A model generated the notes under the pieces. That model saw only the letters and a program-made list of their open reading frames with translations. It was not told the DNA's origin and did not search any database. Positions 10,043 to 19,105 of a DNA stretch of 64,000 nt are shown in pieces; positions within the stretch are counted from its first letter, which is position 1; each line of letters opens with the position of its first letter. The DNA lies in the IMG/VR virus record IMGVR_UViG_3300024999_000081, positions 1-64,000 of that record; one strand, given 5' to 3'. The stretch comes from a virus. Position numbers and translations under genes: made by a program.

Positions 10043-10246
10043 ATGAGTTTGAAAATAATTAGAGTATGTGATTTATGTGATGATACGTTAGACGGAGAAT
10101 TAAATGATTCTTATTTAACTGTGAGTAGAGATTTAGAGTCTATACTTGATATCGAAGAAGGAACTGACATTTGTGAGATTTGTTTAAAAAGTATAAGACA
10201 AGTTGTACAAGAAAAAGTGACAGAAATTGCTGAGAGCAACCTTTAA
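10043..10246 (+). CDS. Zn-binding hypothetical protein
   Basis: CDLC...DICEIC; RBS. Confidence 0.7.
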   Translation: MSLKIIRVCDLCDDTLDGELNDSYLTVSRDLESILDIEEGTDICEICLKSIRQVVQEKVTEIAESNL

Positions 10247-10263
10247 AATTATGGTTTGAAAGG
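10240..10263. repeat. Best-conserved copy of the intergenic quasi-palindromic site family (putative recombination core)
   Basis: CCTTTAAAA-ttatgg-TTTGAAAGG, 8/9 arm symmetry, overlaps a stop codon; ~24 related copies. Confidence 0.6.
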
Positions 10264-10271
10264 ATGAAATT

Positions 10272-10538
10272 ATGGATTATTCACAAATGATAATAAAAAC
10301 AACTGAAGATTTTTCCTCTTTTAAAAATATAAATATAATTGGTGTTGATGTATTCGGGAATGAAGAGATTAAAGATGTTTTAAGACAATGTACTTATAAT
10401 AAATTTGATGATATGTTAGAATTTGAAATATTAAGTTTGTATGCAAAGCAAAATTATGAATTAAAATATAAAGAATATATGTACGATAGTCAAAATCGTA
10501 TTAAAACTTTTAAATATCACTTATATAAATTACTTTGA
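10272..10538 (+). CDS. Hypothetical protein bracketed by two core sites
   Basis: ORF track; sites at 10246 and 10538. Confidence 0.7.
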   Translation: MDYSQMIIKTTEDFSSFKNINIIGVDVFGNEEIKDVLRQCTYNKFDDMLEFEILSLYAKQNYELKYKEYMYDSQNRIKTFKYHLYKLL

Positions 10539-10570
10539 AAAGAACATTTGGTTGGAAAGGAGATTAAAAT

Positions 10571-10813
10571 ATGTGGTGTAGATATAGATTTAGAACAAAG
10601 TCAGTTGAAGATTATAGACCTTTAGTATTTAATCCGAAATACCCTTGGTGGTGTTCTGGTTATGGCGATGAATGTGCAATTATTGTTGCTTATCTACCAA
10701 CAACAGAACCTCTTTATGCTTATTGGGATGACGCTTATGATATTGATATGGAAGTGGTTAGTAAAATTGAATTCTCAAGTCGTTTTCAGAAACCAGATTA
10801 TTTTGAGGAATAA
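10571..10813 (+). CDS. Hypothetical phage protein
   Basis: RYRF...DYRP...YPWWCSG; RBS AAGGAG. Confidence 0.75.
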   Translation: MWCRYRFRTKSVEDYRPLVFNPKYPWWCSGYGDECAIIVAYLPTTEPLYAYWDDAYDIDMEVVSKIEFSSRFQKPDYFEE

Positions 10814-10832
10814 ATTAGAGGAAGTGTATAAA

Positions 10833-11189
10833 ATGATATTAAAATCAGGTGATTGTTTTCAAGGAGAAGTTGGTAAACCAAGTGGATTAACAGATGTTGA
10901 TGGTAACGAATTGTTTATAGGAGACGTTGTATTAGTTTTAAATCTTGATGATTATGATATATCACATAATCGCATTACATATCAAGGTGGCCTTAACTTT
11001 GTGTGTCAAAATAATAAAGATTGTGGTTATGATGAAGATATGTTTGTTATGGGAATTAAAGATTTATATCAAAATCATGATGGTGAAATCACTCAAGATG
11101 AAGAATGGAAAGTGTTTAAAGTAAAATCTTATAAACAAGTAGTTAATGGTGAGATATGGGGAGTTGTAAGAGCAGTAGACGAAAAGTAA
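10833..11189 (+). CDS. YopX-like protein
   Basis: SGLTDVDGNELFIGDVV resembles the YopX TGLKDKNGKEIYEGDIV motif. Confidence 0.55.
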   Translation: MILKSGDCFQGEVGKPSGLTDVDGNELFIGDVVLVLNLDDYDISHNRITYQGGLNFVCQNNKDCGYDEDMFVMGIKDLYQNHDGEITQDEEWKVFKVKSYKQVVNGEIWGVVRAVDEK

Positions 11190-11211
11190 AACCCTTGCTA
11201 CAAAGGGGTTT
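11189..11211. repeat. 23-bp companion motif (also 15290-15312, 34029-34051, reversed 46582-46604)
   Basis: AAACCCTTGCTACAAAGGGGTTT; 19/23 identical to the 34029 copy. Confidence 0.55.
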
Positions 11212-11270
11212 CAGAGGACGATAATTGACATGAAATTGCATTTTGATGGGTACTGGAGGTGAGATATATA

Positions 11271-11450
11271 ATGAAAGATAAACTCATGATTGAGTTAACT
11301 AAAGAGGAAATGAATGTTGTTAAGAACGGTATGTTATTAATTTTATCCCTCTCAAAAAGAGGGCAACTTGATTTAAAAAACAATGCGAAAGATTTATATG
11401 AAGATGTATATAATAAATTTGATTTACTATATGAAAATAAATGGCGTTAA
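11271..11450 (+). CDS. Hypothetical protein
   Basis: RBS GGAGGTG. Confidence 0.65.
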   Translation: MKDKLMIELTKEEMNVVKNGMLLILSLSKRGQLDLKNNAKDLYEDVYNKFDLLYENKWR

Positions 11451-11471
11451 GTTAAAGGAGGGAAATAATAA

Positions 11472-12533
11472 TTGAACACCACAATATTTTTACCTAAAAC
11501 TATTAAAGTTGGTTATCAAAAACGTTCTGATACATATACAGGTCAACTAGCTTATGTGATCTACTATGATCAAAAAGGGAAATTAAGAAAGGAGACATCT
11601 TGGAATAGTTGGAGAGATGATAAAATTGAACCACAAGAATATTCCAATGAACCAACTTCAGGGTTTGTATTAAATAAAAAGGTTGGAGACTACGTTTCAG
11701 ATTGGAATCATCGACAAGCATATGTAAGAGTTTATGATCCTCGTAACTTTGAATTTGAAATCACTATAGAAAACTTACTTTACATACTTGAAAATGCTAG
11801 TTCAATCAAAGGAAAGGGATTAGAAGGTGATTTTGTTTATGGTTGGGATGGGAAAGATTTAATTTTAATACCTGTAGAATCACCTGACTATAAAGAATTA
11901 AGTGATCTGAACAATTTAAGACACGAGAGAAAGAAATTTGATGGAAAGAATTTAATTTTAGGTGGTACATATAAATCTAATTCCAATAATGAATTAATTT
12001 ATTTGGGTAGATTTTATGAAAATAATGACGATGGCAAAGAAACAAAAACTTATTTCTTTTATAATAGAAACGTAAGTTGGAATAAAATTGTATCTATAAA
12101 ATCTTTATCAGGGAATATAATTGATATTATAGATGAAATTTGTGTAGAAGATTACGCTGATTTGATGGATGAATTATTAAAAGATAGTAAATATTCTGCT
12201 AGAGAACCTAAATATGATACTTATTTGGATTACACATTGGAAGAATTTAAAGCAAATTTAAAAGAAAATGCTTATTGGAGACATAAATATTTTACTCAAA
12301 TAGACAACAAATATGTAAAATATCAAATCGAAAGATACAGTGACTATAGTTGGCATTATAATTATAATAAAGATCAAAAAAATTATACTTATGATGTTTA
12401 TACTACGAATAAAAGACGTAGAGATGAGAAAATAATGGGGTCTGCTTCTCCAGAGCAAATATTCAATAAACTAAATCCAAAATACCTAGTAACATATAAT
12501 CAAAATAAAGAATTAATTAAGGAGTGGAAATAA
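11472..12533 (+). CDS. Large hypothetical phage protein
   Basis: 353 aa; TTG start with RBS AAGGAGG; VRVYDPRNFEFEITIENLL. Confidence 0.8.
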   Translation: MNTTIFLPKTIKVGYQKRSDTYTGQLAYVIYYDQKGKLRKETSWNSWRDDKIEPQEYSNEPTSGFVLNKKVGDYVSDWNHRQAYVRVYDPRNFEFEITIENLLYILENASSIKGKGLEGDFVYGWDGKDLILIPVESPDYKELSDLNNLRHERKKFDGKNLILGGTYKSNSNNELIYLGRFYENNDDGKETKTYFFYNRNVSWNKIVSIKSLSGNIIDIIDEICVEDYADLMDELLKDSKYSAREPKYDTYLDYTLEEFKANLKENAYWRHKYFTQIDNKYVKYQIERYSDYSWHYNYNKDQKNYTYDVYTTNKRRRDEKIMGSASPEQIFNKLNPKYLVTYNQNKELIKEWK

Positions 12534-12535
12534 AA

Positions 12536-12949
12536 ATGGCAAATGAAACAAACGTTTCAAACGATTCAAAAATTATGGAATTAAAGAAACAAATTGAAGA
12601 AAAGAAAGCAAAGTTAATCAAATCTCAAAAGTTTTCACCTATTACAAATAGTTCAATTGAATTAGATGGGGTAAGAACTAATATCCAAGTTCTTAATAAA
12701 GAACAATTAACTTATCTATTAGTTAAACTTAATTCATATGCAATATCTGCTAAAGAATTAGAAATTGATTTTGTTATCTCTGGTTATCATATTGTAGATT
12801 GGATTGCAGATATTAAATCTAAACTTGATTTTGTGAGTCGCAAAGAAGAAGAAAATAAACTAAAGGTTATGGAATCTAAATTACATCAATTACTTTCTAA
12901 TGAAAAGAAAGTTGAACTTGAAATTGATGAAATTATGAAGAATTTGTAA
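12536..12949 (+). CDS. Coiled-coil phage protein
   Basis: RBS AAGGAG; follows the previous gene. Confidence 0.75.
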   Translation: MANETNVSNDSKIMELKKQIEEKKAKLIKSQKFSPITNSSIELDGVRTNIQVLNKEQLTYLLVKLNSYAISAKELEIDFVISGYHIVDWIADIKSKLDFVSRKEEENKLKVMESKLHQLLSNEKKVELEIDEIMKNL

Positions 12950-13217
12950 TTAGAATAAAGGGAGGGTGTTAAATAATCCTCCCAGAAAAGATACACTCTG
13001 TCTTATGAAAGGAGAAATATAAAATGAACGATCCAAACGATTTTCAATGTGATATTTGTGGCAATACATTAACTTCAGAATCTTGTTTTTGTGATAAATG
13101 TAAATCATGGTTATGTAATGGTTGTGCATTTGAAGATGAATGTGAAGAAAAACAGGGTAAATAATATTTGAGAAAGGAAAAATTATGAATTGGTGTAAAA
13201 GTCCAAGGAAATAAATC

Positions 13218-13247
13218 TTGATTTTCTACATAGAAAAGGGGTATAAT
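13218..13247 (+). promoter_or_regulatory. SigA-type promoter
   Basis: TTGATT-18-TATAAT. Confidence 0.55.
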
Positions 13248-13313
13248 AAACACTAAATAAAGAAATAATATATCTTATCAACAAACTTCAAGAGAAGGGA
13301 GATAAGATATATT

Positions 13314-13547
13314 ATGACAACCATTCCAACGTCAAACGGTTATATTAAGTCATTTTTTGTTCTTGGAAATGAGTCAGGTAAAGCGTTTATCAATCATCAT
13401 AGTAGTAAAGTTTTAATTTCAGATCCAATGAAGTCAAGAATGTTTGATTCTTATAAGGATGCATTGGATTTTAATGTACAATTTAAAAATAATTATTCTG
13501 AAAAATTATTTGTATATCAGATTAGAGTTACAGTAGAATTGGTTTAG
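13314..13547 (+). CDS. Hypothetical protein
   Basis: ORF track; RBS AAGGGAG. Confidence 0.65.
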   Translation: MTTIPTSNGYIKSFFVLGNESGKAFINHHSSKVLISDPMKSRMFDSYKDALDFNVQFKNNYSEKLFVYQIRVTVELV

Positions 13548-13677
13548 ATTTTTAATTTTAGTTGAGGTGTAATATATAGAGTTAAAAATAAAATGTATTA
13601 CACCTTTATTTTTAGAAATAATTTAAAGACTATATTTGATGCTATATTGAATTGAATAAAATAGACAGGAGGAAATC

Positions 13678-14829
13678 ATGTTAACTTCATGTAAAGAAAA
13701 TCAATATCTTGTATTTTATCTTGATGATGGGAAAAATGTTAAATATAATTTATCAACAGGCGAAACTATTGGAAAACTTGGAAAACCAGTAAAAGATATT
13801 CGCACACAACTTAGAGGAAATGATTTACTACAAGTTATCAATTCATTTCAGGATAAAAATTATAGTAATTTCTTAAATTTTCTGGATAGAAATTTTATCA
13901 ATAAATCACATTCGGAAAAATATCATTACGGCAGCAGGGTAGATCGCATTACAAATATAGGTAGTTTCTTATCTAAAATTGAGAATTATAAATATCTTGA
14001 ACAATATTTTGCATGTGGGTTGAAAAAACTTGATCCTAAAATTAGATACAAATTAACTGAAATTCCAAAAAACCTAATTAAATTATGTAAAACGCATGAT
14101 ATTGAATTAAATAACAATTTAATAGATTCCTATAAATTAAGTCCAGATTTATTTTCTAACTTATTAAATTATGAATTTACAACTATAAACAAAATGAACA
14201 TTCAAGATATATTGTATTCAAATGAATATGGTAAAAACAAATTCGATCAATTAATAAAGACACATAATTACAAACCAACATCGTTATTACAATACATAGA
14301 TAATTTAATGACATTCGAGGCTTTAGATAACTTCCATTCAGTGGTTGGTGAGTTATTGGATTATTGCAACATGATGAGCAAAATAAGTCCAAAATATGAA
14401 AAGTATCCAAAGAATTTTTTAACAACTCATAAGATTGCCACAAGAAATTATACTCGTTTAATACAAAAGTTCGTAGAAGAAGATTTTAAAAAAGTTATTG
14501 ATCTAAAATTAGAGCATACATATGATAAGTTTAAAATTGTTTATCCTAAAACTACACAAGATATTAAAGACGAGGCAGTACAGCAAAATCATTGTGTAGC
14601 AAGTTATATACAAAATGTCATTGATGGTAAAACGCATATTTTATTCTTAAGGGATAAAAAAAATATTGAAAGGAGTTTAATTACATTAGAAATTAAAAAT
14701 TATAAAGTGGTTCAGGCCAGAGGAAAATTTAATAGAGACGTAACCAAAGAGGAACAAGGTGTTATTAATAAGTACAATGAAAAATTAAATAAAATTTATA
14801 ATAAAAGAAAAGAGGAAATAGCATGTTAA
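13678..14829 (+). CDS. PcfJ-domain protein
   Basis: C-terminal P.T..DI.DEA..QNHCVASY...ILFLR...TLEI...VQARG..N. Confidence 0.85.
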   Translation: MLTSCKENQYLVFYLDDGKNVKYNLSTGETIGKLGKPVKDIRTQLRGNDLLQVINSFQDKNYSNFLNFLDRNFINKSHSEKYHYGSRVDRITNIGSFLSKIENYKYLEQYFACGLKKLDPKIRYKLTEIPKNLIKLCKTHDIELNNNLIDSYKLSPDLFSNLLNYEFTTINKMNIQDILYSNEYGKNKFDQLIKTHNYKPTSLLQYIDNLMTFEALDNFHSVVGELLDYCNMMSKISPKYEKYPKNFLTTHKIATRNYTRLIQKFVEEDFKKVIDLKLEHTYDKFKIVYPKTTQDIKDEAVQQNHCVASYIQNVIDGKTHILFLRDKKNIERSLITLEIKNYKVVQARGKFNRDVTKEEQGVINKYNEKLNKIYNKRKEEIAC

Positions 14830-15263
14830 AAAATATTAATAAAATTGAAGTAGGTATGAGGGTAAAACAAATTAAGGAGTTACCACGATTTAATTATATC
14901 GGTACAGAATTTGAGGTAACTGAAATTGTAGATTCAGTTGTAATGTGTAAAAATGGAATGATGGGATTTGGTTTATCTGAAAATGATTTCTTTGCATATT
15001 TTGAATCTGTTAAATCTGTCGCCAAACAAGAAATTGAGTTTATGACGATTGAAATTGTCGATGGTATCAAGACTACTAGAAAAGGATTATTAACTCTTGT
15101 AGAGCTTCCTAATGGATCTCAGGGTGCGTCTAAACCATTGCCTCAAGATAAATATGATGCTCAAAGAGGATACGATATTGCATTTCTAAAAGCAGATATT
15201 AGAGCTGATGAAAAAGTAATTAAGATGAAGAAAAGAAAATTAGAAGAGTTAAGAAAGTTTTAA
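14823..15263 (+). CDS. Hypothetical phage protein
   Basis: Coupled to the pcfJ-like gene; RBS GAGGA. Confidence 0.75.
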   Translation: MLKNINKIEVGMRVKQIKELPRFNYIGTEFEVTEIVDSVVMCKNGMMGFGLSENDFFAYFESVKSVAKQEIEFMTIEIVDGIKTTRKGLLTLVELPNGSQGASKPLPQDKYDAQRGYDIAFLKADIRADEKVIKMKKRKLEELRKF

Positions 15264-15274
15264 GTAAAATATAG

Positions 15275-15326
15275 TATTGTGCTTTCTAGAAAACGTTGAT
15301 ATAAGCCACTTTTAGAAAGCACAATA
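15275..15326. repeat. 17-bp inverted repeat enclosing the companion motif
   Basis: TATTGTGCTTTCTAGAA ... TTTTAGAAAGCACAATA (16/17). Confidence 0.75.
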
Positions 15327-15369
15327 TAAGATAAAACGAATCTTTCAAGGGATAAGAAAGGAGAATATC

Positions 15370-15579
15370 ATGGCAGAATTTAAAATGGTTGATTTTGTTT
15401 GTTCGCTACAAATGCAAGTGAAGATTGAAGACAACGCTACAAATGAAGAAATTATTGATAGAATTGCAGAAACTTTTGAATTGGTTTGTGAATATGGATC
15501 AAGTGATTTTGATGAATCAGAAGAATTTTCAGCATACATAATCATGGATAATATACGGTTAATAGCAAGGGATAATTAA
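15370..15579 (+). CDS. Acidic hypothetical protein, bracketed by core sites
   Basis: RBS AAGGAG; sites 15334 and 15587. Confidence 0.7.
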   Translation: MAEFKMVDFVCSLQMQVKIEDNATNEEIIDRIAETFELVCEYGSSDFDESEEFSAYIIMDNIRLIARDN

Positions 15580-15634
15580 TCGAATCAAAAACTGATTTCA
15601 AGGGTAAATAATATAAGAAAGAAGGAAAACTAAA

Positions 15635-15928
15635 TTGAAGAAAATGCTTATTACTTTGTCATTAGGTTTGATTTTATCAGGAATCTTAACTGGATGTGGA
15701 TCAGTTTCATATACGCCTCCTCCAGTTCCATCTGTACCACAATTTTCTTTCCCTGCGGAAAGCACATATGGTTCTGTAATTGATGTTGATTATGAGAAAT
15801 CTGCCTTGGATTTTGTTGTGGTTAAATATCGAAAAGACGATGTATTAAATTTAGTCACGTATAAATTAGATTCAGTTCGAGGTTATACTAACTTAGAGTC
15901 AGTTATAACGATTCAAATCGGAAAATAA
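15635..15928 (+). CDS. Lipoprotein, bracketed by core sites
   Basis: Signal peptide with lipobox LTGC; sites 15587 and 15940. Confidence 0.75.
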   Translation: MKKMLITLSLGLILSGILTGCGSVSYTPPPVPSVPQFSFPAESTYGSVIDVDYEKSALDFVVVKYRKDDVLNLVTYKLDSVRGYTNLESVITIQIGK

Positions 15929-15976
15929 ATATTAACATGAAAAAAGAATTTTAATGGATTTAGAAAGGAAAATAAT

Positions 15977-16198
15977 ATGTTAACTATACCAGAAGGAGCT
16001 ATTGATATAAACTTAACAAATTTACAAATTGAAATTGGACAATATAGAAGGGCTGTAGAAACTTATTATAAAGCTCTTGGATTATATACATTAAAAGATG
16101 ATGCAGAAATTAATTCGTTAATGGAGATGAATCAGAAAATTATAAATTCAAAAAATAATTTAGTAAAAGCATGTCAACAATTTATTGATGAAGCCTAG
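15977..16198 (+). CDS. Hypothetical protein
   Basis: RBS AAGGA. Confidence 0.65.
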   Translation: MLTIPEGAIDINLTNLQIEIGQYRRAVETYYKALGLYTLKDDAEINSLMEMNQKIINSKNNLVKACQQFIDEA

Positions 16199-16217
16199 CA
16201 AAAAGGAGTTTTAAACA

Positions 16218-16457
16218 ATGCGTAGAGATCCAAAGAAACCATATACAATAAAAGGAATATACCCATTACTCTTTTGGCATAAGTGTGATATCTGTGGAGT
16301 TGAATTTAAAAGAGAATTTGGATGGAAAATTAACTATTCTACTATATCTAGAATTATATGTTATGAATGTGCAAGATTTCATTTTGATGTAGAGAGGTTA
16401 GCTTTGACATGGGGTGAGTCAGGATGTGATAAACCTAGTATAAGAATTGGTAAATAA
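16218..16457 (+). CDS. Zn-binding hypothetical protein
   Basis: CDICG...ICYEC; RBS AAGGAG. Confidence 0.7.
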   Translation: MRRDPKKPYTIKGIYPLLFWHKCDICGVEFKREFGWKINYSTISRIICYECARFHFDVERLALTWGESGCDKPSIRIGK

Positions 16458-16679
16458 ATGTACAGTTTTATTTGATGGAAATGAGTTGATTAATAATGAT
16501 TAGAAAAACTCCATACTTATGTGAAATGTGCAAGAAGCATTTTGACGAACCAAATGTTGTTAAAGAAAAACATTGTGAATATAACGTATGCCCTCATTGT
16601 AATAGCAAGTGGATTACACAACCATGTCATTGCACAAAATAATAATAATCATAACAAATGCAGTTTGAAAGGAGAATTT

Positions 16680-16943
16680 ATGCAAGAAGACATTATTTAC
16701 GTTGTCTATTTTGATGGAAAAAGATATGAAAAAGAAGGTTTAAAGATTGCTTACCTAAATAAAAGTTATGCAAAGCAAATTATTACTACTGAAGCTAAAA
16801 ATAAAGCCAAAGATAAGTATGATGAAGAAGTTACAAGTAAGGCGTTTAAATATTGGTATGAATTAACTGAGGAATTGCAAAGAGTGTTAATTAATGAAAT
16901 GAAAGAAAGATTTACAATTGTAGAATATAAACCATGTTTGTAA
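16680..16943 (+). CDS. Hypothetical protein (true start 16680)
   Basis: RBS AAGGAG before MQEDIIY. Confidence 0.7.
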   Translation: MQEDIIYVVYFDGKRYEKEGLKIAYLNKSYAKQIITTEAKNKAKDKYDEEVTSKAFKYWYELTEELQRVLINEMKERFTIVEYKPCL

Positions 16944-16973
16944 ATTTGGATGAATCATAATTAGGAGGATAGT

Positions 16974-17423
16974 ATGAATAAATTTAAAAATTGGTTACGA
17001 ATTAAACTAAGAGATTTTCTTGACATAGGAAACCTTGAATCTAATTTTAAAGATCATGAAACATTTAATAGTATCAGATTTGCAGATATTGAAAGTGATA
17101 TACATGATAAGTCTTCATATCTAAGAAAACTAATAAATAATTCTACAAACGATATTTCACATTGACAAGAATTTATAAATGTCTTACATAATACAATTGA
17201 AAATGTAGTACATATTGGTACGGATGTGGCTGTAAATCCTGATTATGGACGTAGTTGGGCAGTAGTGTGTATTGAGGGTAAATTAAATATAGTAAAGTTT
17301 GTAGATTTAGATAGAAGAGACGGAATGGAAGTTTTGAGATTCCTTAAACAATTTGAAGCAGGGAAACATTGTATAGATGCCCCTCATAAAGAATTTTTCT
17401 TAGAAGGTATTTTTAAATTTTAG
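16974..17423 (+). pseudogene. Phage gene interrupted by in-frame TGA at 17163-17165
   Basis: ORFs 16974-17165 and 17226-17423 share a frame and the intervening codons are open. Confidence 0.75.
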
Positions 17424-17468
17424 ATAGGTTAAAATCCAAATTTTCTGGGACTTTAGAAAGGAGTAATA

Positions 17469-17657
17469 ATGAATAAAGAATATATGCCACTGTATGTAAT
17501 TTATTATCATAATGAGATATCTGGAAAGTTTGAACCTTATCAAAGCGTATGTGGAATTACAGTTTTTTACATGGATATAAAAGATGCTAAAAAACAACTA
17601 AGAAAAATAACTAATTATCCAGAGAATTATGAAATAGTTGAATATGTAGCAAAATAA
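17469..17657 (+). CDS. Hypothetical protein
   Basis: RBS AAGGAG. Confidence 0.65.
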   Translation: MNKEYMPLYVIYYHNEISGKFEPYQSVCGITVFYMDIKDAKKQLRKITNYPENYEIVEYVAK

Positions 17658-17676
17658 AAGTAAAATTGAATAAAAA

Positions 17677-17723
17677 CTTGTAATTCTATAATAACTAAGA
17701 TATAATTATTGTAGAATTACAAG
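17677..17723 (+). promoter_or_regulatory. SigA promoter inside an 18-bp inverted repeat (operator)
   Basis: TTGTAA-17-TATAAT; CTTGTAATTCTATAATAA / TTATTGTAGAATTACAAG (17/18). Confidence 0.7.
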
Positions 17724-17749
17724 ATAAGAAAAGAGATGATACTTAATAT

Positions 17750-19105
17750 ATGGGTAATAGTTTAATAGCAGAAGGTAAACTCCAGTTTTATCCAACGGAG
17801 TTAAAAGAAACATATCGTATACTTGGACTATTGGGACGAATAAGTATTGACTATGTAAAGAAAGGATATCTCAAGGAATACATATATACAAAAGAACAAT
17901 GGAATGAATTTGCAATAAAATCGTTAGATAGTAATGTATCTATAGACATAATTCTATATGATCATTGGTTATTTTCAAATCAATACGAAATGATTAAAAC
18001 ATATTGTACCTATGAGATTGGATCTAAAAATACTAATAAAGTAGTTGTCACAGATTATTTTGCTGGCGAGGGGTTGTTTCTAGATTGTATAAAGACTTTT
18101 ATTCCATTAAGCTATAATAGCAATGACTTTCTATTAATTGCTAATGAAATCGAAGAACATCGTTACAATGTTATAAAAAATAATAAAAATATTGATGAAT
18201 GCTATAATTCTTCATTTGAGGAACTCCAAATTACAAGAATAAAGAATAGTGTATCACTCATGCTTTACAACCCTCCATATGGACAAACATTAACTACTGA
18301 TAATAGTGGAAAAACAATATCAATCAGAAATGTCAAACACTACCTTCAAATGATCATAAATAGACAGATTTTATACAACCCAACATCATCAAAAGATTAT
18401 AAATCTGGATATATGATTTTTGTCATAAGAAAAGACGATTTTTTGGATAGTTTGGATTTATTATCTCAACACTTTGATATTCTTAAAAACTCAATTTACA
18501 AAACAAATCAAGAAGAATATGCTAAATTCAAGCAATATATTTTCATTGCAAAACTCAAACGTAATCCATATGACTTTTCTAAATCAATTGACGCTCTCGA
18601 TTTTCAAAAACAATATAATGATGTAAAAGAAATAATCCTATCAGAACCAGAATTTAATCTCAGACAATACAACACATATCAATCCATGAATTACCCATAC
18701 ATCGACTATGACACAGCAAAAGAAAACAATAAATATATTGAATCTCCAACTACTCATATCAGTAAAAATGATTCCATATGGAAATGGGTCAAAGGAATTA
18801 CTGAGTTGAAAGATTTAGGTGAAGAAAAATTAGTTGTTCCTAAGCCATTGAAATTAGGTGAAATTAGTAATCTTCTAGCATCTGGAATGATTAATGGAGA
18901 AATATCATTAGAAGATGGTACTGGTAGACATGTAGCAATTGGAGGTACAAAGAGTATTGAGAAGAAAGAAATAAATAAATATAAAGATGAAAATGGAGAA
19001 AGTTATACTGAAACAAAAATTATTAAAATGAGCCTTCCTTATTTAAATGTTTTATGTTCTGACAATGGTCAATTAAAAATAAAAGAATTAGGAGATAATG
19101 AATGA
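17750..19105 (+). CDS. N6-adenine DNA methyltransferase-like protein (DUF6094-like)
   Basis: FYPT, motif I DYFAGEG, motif IV YNPPY, FKQY. Confidence 0.8.
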   Translation: MGNSLIAEGKLQFYPTELKETYRILGLLGRISIDYVKKGYLKEYIYTKEQWNEFAIKSLDSNVSIDIILYDHWLFSNQYEMIKTYCTYEIGSKNTNKVVVTDYFAGEGLFLDCIKTFIPLSYNSNDFLLIANEIEEHRYNVIKNNKNIDECYNSSFEELQITRIKNSVSLMLYNPPYGQTLTTDNSGKTISIRNVKHYLQMIINRQILYNPTSSKDYKSGYMIFVIRKDDFLDSLDLLSQHFDILKNSIYKTNQEEYAKFKQYIFIAKLKRNPYDFSKSIDALDFQKQYNDVKEIILSEPEFNLRQYNTYQSMNYPYIDYDTAKENNKYIESPTTHISKNDSIWKWVKGITELKDLGEEKLVVPKPLKLGEISNLLASGMINGEISLEDGTGRHVAIGGTKSIEKKEINKYKDENGESYTETKIIKMSLPYLNVLCSDNGQLKIKELGDNE